This document shows positions 14,309 through 17,999 of a DNA stretch of 17,999 nucleotides, piece by piece. The first letter of the stretch is position 1. Each line of letters starts with the position of its first letter. Below the pieces are notes generated by a model, which was given only the letters and a program-made list of their open reading frames with translations, was not told the origin of the DNA and ran no database searches. Where the stretch lies: positions 1 to 17,999 of the forward strand of contig DBEYYM010000056.1 in NCBI GenBank assembly GCA_048184675.1. The letters run 5' to 3'. Source of the stretch: Evtepia sp. Its GTDB lineage: Bacteria; Bacillota; Clostridia; Oscillospirales; Oscillospiraceae. A program made the position numbers and the translations under genes.

Positions 14309-15826
14309 ATGCACTGGATTGGACCCAAAGGGGAGGATATCCCGCCCCACCCCCGCCAGGAGCCCCGGTTTTCAGGGGATCTGACAGCGGACCATATCCG
14401 TTTCCTTTTTCAGGACTGTGTGGACTTTGGGGAGCGCCAGGTCCTCATCGGCGGGGACCCGGAGAAGCGGGCCACCGTCTTCTTCATCAACGGCCAGGTG
14501 CGCACCGAGCGGATGAACGACTACGTCCTGCGCCCCCTGGCCACCAGCCAGCTGCTGCGCCAGGCCACCCCAGAGGCGGCCTTTCGCATGATGGTGGACG
14601 GGATTGTTTACAGCCAAAGCGTCCAGGTCTGCCAAACCCTGGACCAGGCGGTTTTTGCGCTGGTGGACGGCAGCGCCGTGTTCGATTTCCCGGGGAAGGG
14701 ACAGATGGTGGCCTATGCCGTGGCCACAGAGGAAAAACGCTCGGTCAGCGCCCCGGACAATGAACCCTCCATCAAGGGGGCCAAGGACTCTTTTGTGGAG
14801 TCCCTGCGCACCAACACCTCTCTGGTCCGCCGCCGGCTCCGGGCCCCGGAGCTGAAGATTGCCGAGGTCATTGCCGGCCGGCAAAGCGTCACGCCGGTGG
14901 ACATTTTATATATTGAAGGCCTCACCAACCCCGACCTAGTGGCTGAGACCAAAAAGCGGATCGCCGCCATCGACACCGACGAACTCCTCCAGACCGCCAC
15001 CCTGGAGGAGCTCATTGTGGACGAAGTGGACACCGCCTTCCCCATGATTGCCTACACCGAGCGCCCCGACCGGTTCTGCGCCGGCCTGGTGGAGGGCCGG
15101 GTGGGGGTCATTGTGGATGGCATCCCCCTGGGCTATCTGCTGCCGGGAACCGTGGGGCAGTTTTTCCGCACTGGCCAGGACCGGTCCCAGAACTGGGTGG
15201 CGGCGTCGTTTCTGTCCATTCTTCGCTATCTCTGTATGCTGGGGTCTCTGTTTCTCCCGGCCTGGTATGTGGCGGCGGTGAATTTCCACCCGGAGATGAT
15301 CCCCGCCCGGCTGGCCTGGTCCATTTCAGAAGCCAAGACCAACGTGCCCTTTTCCACGGTCTTTGAGGTGCTCATTATGCTCCTGGCCTTTGAGGCGGTT
15401 CAGGAGGCGGGCCTGCGCTTGCCGGGGCCCATTGGGCAAACCGCGTCGATCTTAGGGGGGCTGGTGGTGGGATCTGCTGCGGTAGAGGCCTCCATCGTCT
15501 CCCCGGTGGTCCTGATTGTGGTGGCCATGGCGGGCATCGCCGGGTACACTGTGCCCAGCCAGGAGTTTTCTGCCGCCCTGCGGATCTGGCGCTTTGGGCT
15601 GGCCATTGCCGCCAGCATTGGGGGGCTCTTCGCTGTTACAGCCTTGGCGGCGGTGCTGGTCTATCGGCTGGCCCAGCTGGAGAGCTTTGGGGTGGCCTAC
15701 CTCACCCCCTTTGCCGCCTCCGGCGGGCAGCGGGCACAGGGCTACGGGGTCATTCGCTGGCCCACCCACTGGGTGAAGTTCCGGGAGCGGGCCCTTAAGA
15801 CCGGGAATAAAAGGAGGCAGGGATGA
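14309..15826 (+). CDS. Spore germination protein, GerA family A subunit (GerAA/GerKA-like)
   Basis: ORF of 505 aa with the typical GerAA core ...FFINGQVRTERMNDYVLRPL..., EPSIKGAKDSFVESLRTNTSLVRRRLRAPELKI, ILYIEGLTNPDLV and a C-terminal membrane domain of 4 to 5 helices. The SD sequence AAAGGGGG sits 7 nt upstream. Confidence 0.9.
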   Translation: MHWIGPKGEDIPPHPRQEPRFSGDLTADHIRFLFQDCVDFGERQVLIGGDPEKRATVFFINGQVRTERMNDYVLRPLATSQLLRQATPEAAFRMMVDGIVYSQSVQVCQTLDQAVFALVDGSAVFDFPGKGQMVAYAVATEEKRSVSAPDNEPSIKGAKDSFVESLRTNTSLVRRRLRAPELKIAEVIAGRQSVTPVDILYIEGLTNPDLVAETKKRIAAIDTDELLQTATLEELIVDEVDTAFPMIAYTERPDRFCAGLVEGRVGVIVDGIPLGYLLPGTVGQFFRTGQDRSQNWVAASFLSILRYLCMLGSLFLPAWYVAAVNFHPEMIPARLAWSISEAKTNVPFSTVFEVLIMLLAFEAVQEAGLRLPGPIGQTASILGGLVVGSAAVEASIVSPVVLIVVAMAGIAGYTVPSQEFSAALRIWRFGLAIAASIGGLFAVTALAAVLVYRLAQLESFGVAYLTPFAASGGQRAQGYGVIRWPTHWVKFRERALKTGNKRRQG

Positions 15827-16845
15827 AGCGGATTGCAGCCATAGCCCTTGCCATGCTCCTGCTGCTCACCGGGTGCGCTGGCACCCCCCAGAGCCGGGAG
15901 GTTGGCGGCACCGCCGTGGTCAGTGTTCTGGGGGTGGAGCCGACAGGGGAGGGCCTTCGCTTCCTGGCCGCTGCCGAGGGACGGGGCGAGGGGGAGGCCT
16001 TTCTCTGCGACAGTCGAGGCGCTACCCCCGCCGCCGCAGTAGAGGGGCTGACCAATCAGGGCAGCCAGGTGGTCAGCTGCGCCCATGTGGAGCATCTTCT
16101 CCTGGCCCAAACTGCGGTGGGGTCCTTGCCCGCCCTTTTGAGCTATGCCTTTCAGGAGCCCCAGCAGAGCACAGAAAGCCAGCTCTGGATTGTGCGGGCA
16201 GACAGCCTGGCGGAGGTTTTTTCCGGGGACACTGACGCGGCCCAGCGGATGGGCGTCATCAAAGCCCAGGGCAAAAACCGCCAGGGGTTTTGCCCGGTAA
16301 CCCTCCGGGAGGCCGCCGCGACCCTAGCCCGAGGAGAAGCGCTGCTGATCCCCTTCCTGGAGCCGGGAAACCAGGGGCTGACCTTTGGAGGCCTTGCGCT
16401 CTATCAAAAGGGGACCATCACCCACTGGCTCACCGGCCAGGAGGCCTTGGGCGCTGCGCTTCTCCTGGGAGAGAAGATTCACTGGACAGGCTCTGTGGAG
16501 GACCGGGCCATGGTTCTCCAAAGCACTGGCTGCCAGGTGCGCCCCCAATTTTCAGAGGGCAAGCTCGTGGGCTTATCCCTCCACTGTCATCTGGAGGGGG
16601 TCCTCACAGGGGGCTGGAAGGGGGAGGAACAGGATGTGACGACCTTGGAGGCAGAGACTGCCGGGGCCATGTCCGATGCCCTGCAGACCCTCCAGCAGGC
16701 CGGTGCCGACGCTGCCAACCTTCAGGGGCGAGGGGGGCTAGCCAGCCCCCTTCGCTGGCAGACGCTATCCAGCCAGTGGCAGGAGGCCTTTCCCACCCTT
16801 CCCGGAAAAATCACCGTTACCATTACGGTAGCCGAGCGGCAGTAG
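15823..16845 (+). CDS. Spore germination lipoprotein, Ger(x)C family C subunit
   Basis: Its start overlaps the GerAA-like stop (ATGA), with AAAGGAGG upstream. The lipoprotein signal MKRIAAIALAMLLLLTGC is followed by the GerC-like ...AVVSVLGVEP... segment. It sits between the A and B subunit genes. Confidence 0.75.
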   Translation: MKRIAAIALAMLLLLTGCAGTPQSREVGGTAVVSVLGVEPTGEGLRFLAAAEGRGEGEAFLCDSRGATPAAAVEGLTNQGSQVVSCAHVEHLLLAQTAVGSLPALLSYAFQEPQQSTESQLWIVRADSLAEVFSGDTDAAQRMGVIKAQGKNRQGFCPVTLREAAATLARGEALLIPFLEPGNQGLTFGGLALYQKGTITHWLTGQEALGAALLLGEKIHWTGSVEDRAMVLQSTGCQVRPQFSEGKLVGLSLHCHLEGVLTGGWKGEEQDVTTLEAETAGAMSDALQTLQQAGADAANLQGRGGLASPLRWQTLSSQWQEAFPTLPGKITVTITVAERQ

Positions 16846-16916
16846 CGCCGGGAGGCGGATAGATCAATGGATACCACAGGGCAGCTTGTGCCCCCGTTAC
16901 CACAAGGAGGTCCCAC

Positions 16917-17999
16917 ATGACCGACGCCAAAATCTCGCTTCGCCAACTGATGACCATTCTCTTCCTAACCCTCCTCCCCCTGGGAACGGAGCGCCTTCCA
17001 GGCCGCTTGTCGGGGGCAGGGGCGGCTGCCTGGCTGTGCCCCCTTCTGGCCGGAGGGGTGGCGGTTGTCCTGGGCGCTTTGGTGAGCCGCAAACCGCTGC
17101 TGGGACAGGGCGACCTGGGGCAGAACCTCGCCCGGCGGTGGGGAGAGAAAGCGGGCCGTGTGATCGCGGGCCTGTTTCTTCTGTGGGGCCTTTACCTGAC
17201 GGCCGCCCATGCCGCCCGAATCGGCAGCCGGCTGTCAGACTCGCTGCGAGCTTCGCCGGTTCTGATCACGGCAGTATCGCTGCTGCTGGCCGGGTGGATG
17301 GCCTCTGGAGGTTTGCCGGCCTTTGCCCGGGCTTGTGAGGTCTTTTCCCTGGCGGTGGGCTTTGGCTTTTTTCTGATCGTTCTGTTCGGAATCTTTCGCC
17401 TGCGGTGGGATTACGTCCTCCTCTGGGATTGGCAAGGGCTGGCCCAAGTGCCGCAGGGAGCGCTCTCTGCTGGGGGCACTGTAGCGGCTGGAGGCTACCT
17501 TTTATTCCTGCTGGGAGAGGTGCGCCCGGAACCCAAAGCCCGGCGCCGGGTTCTCTGGCGGCTGGGCGGGCTCTTTCTTTTGCTGTCCCTCGGTGTCCTG
17601 CTGGTGCTGGGGCGGCTGGGGCCGGATCTGGCTGCGCAGATCAACCGGCCCTTCTTTCAGATGGTCTCTGGACTGGGGTTTGAGGGGGCCTTCCAGCGGC
17701 TGGAGGAACTGGCTTCCGCCCTGTGGGTTTTGGGGGACGCGGCTTTGCTGAGCTTGCTTCTGCTGGTGCTCCGGCGGCTTTTTGCCCAGGCTCTGGCACG
17801 CCAAGAGGGCAAGGGGCTGGGCTGGGGGATTACCGGCCTGGTGTTTCTGGGCAGCCTGCCTGTTACCTATTGGAATAAGGTGTTAGCGGGAGCCTTTCTC
17901 CCGGCGGGAAACCTCGTTGTGCTGGCGCTGCTGGTGCTCTGTTTGGGGCTGACGAGAAAGGACGGGAAAAATCTGAAAAAATTTGAAAAAAGGGGTTGA
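16917..17999 (+). CDS. Spore germination protein, GerA family B subunit (APC-superfamily-like permease)
   Basis: ORF of 360 aa. The N-terminus ISLRQLMTILFLTLLPLGTERLP is typical of GerAB-type proteins, and about 10 hydrophobic helices follow. AAGGAGG sits 6 nt upstream. The stop codon occupies the last 3 nt of the window. Confidence 0.8.
   Translation: MTDAKISLRQLMTILFLTLLPLGTERLPGRLSGAGAAAWLCPLLAGGVAVVLGALVSRKPLLGQGDLGQNLARRWGEKAGRVIAGLFLLWGLYLTAAHAARIGSRLSDSLRASPVLITAVSLLLAGWMASGGLPAFARACEVFSLAVGFGFFLIVLFGIFRLRWDYVLLWDWQGLAQVPQGALSAGGTVAAGGYLLFLLGEVRPEPKARRRVLWRLGGLFLLLSLGVLLVLGRLGPDLAAQINRPFFQMVSGLGFEGAFQRLEELASALWVLGDAALLSLLLLVLRRLFAQALARQEGKGLGWGITGLVFLGSLPVTYWNKVLAGAFLPAGNLVVLALLVLCLGLTRKDGKNLKKFEKRG

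Overview
GC-rich chromosomal segment from a spore-forming Firmicute. A Clostridia or Oscillospirales-like origin is an inference from gene content, not a database hit. The coding content is ordinary housekeeping and sporulation genes. On the minus strand lie acetyl-CoA acetyltransferase (397..1653), mfd (1839..5246), pth (6577..7170) and prs (7483..8442). On the plus strand lie a PrsA-like parvulin lipoprotein (8788..10077) and a P2-type Ca2+ ATPase (10261..12909). An SLH-domain secreted protein follows on the minus strand (13069..14085). A GerA-family germinant receptor operon in A-C-B order (14309..17999) follows on the plus strand, behind a sigma-G-like promoter. Most genes have recognisable promoters and rho-independent terminators. 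I see no transposase, integrase, reverse transcriptase, CRISPR array or defence gene. The long ORFs antisense to the real genes look like GC-content artefacts. The one region the genes do not explain is the roughly 1.3 kb gap between pth and mfd (5247..6576). It holds a truncated tadA 3' remnant and about 1.1 kb without a credible ORF. That stretch is built from nested symmetric repeats: two inverted arms whose hairpins are kept by three compensatory base-pair changes, a 377-bp hairpin-rich core, and three tandem ~70-bp hairpin units that begin 3 nt beyond the pth stop codon. This is either a structured non-coding RNA locus or a decayed foldback (MITE or REP-cluster-like) element. I cannot tell which from sequence alone.
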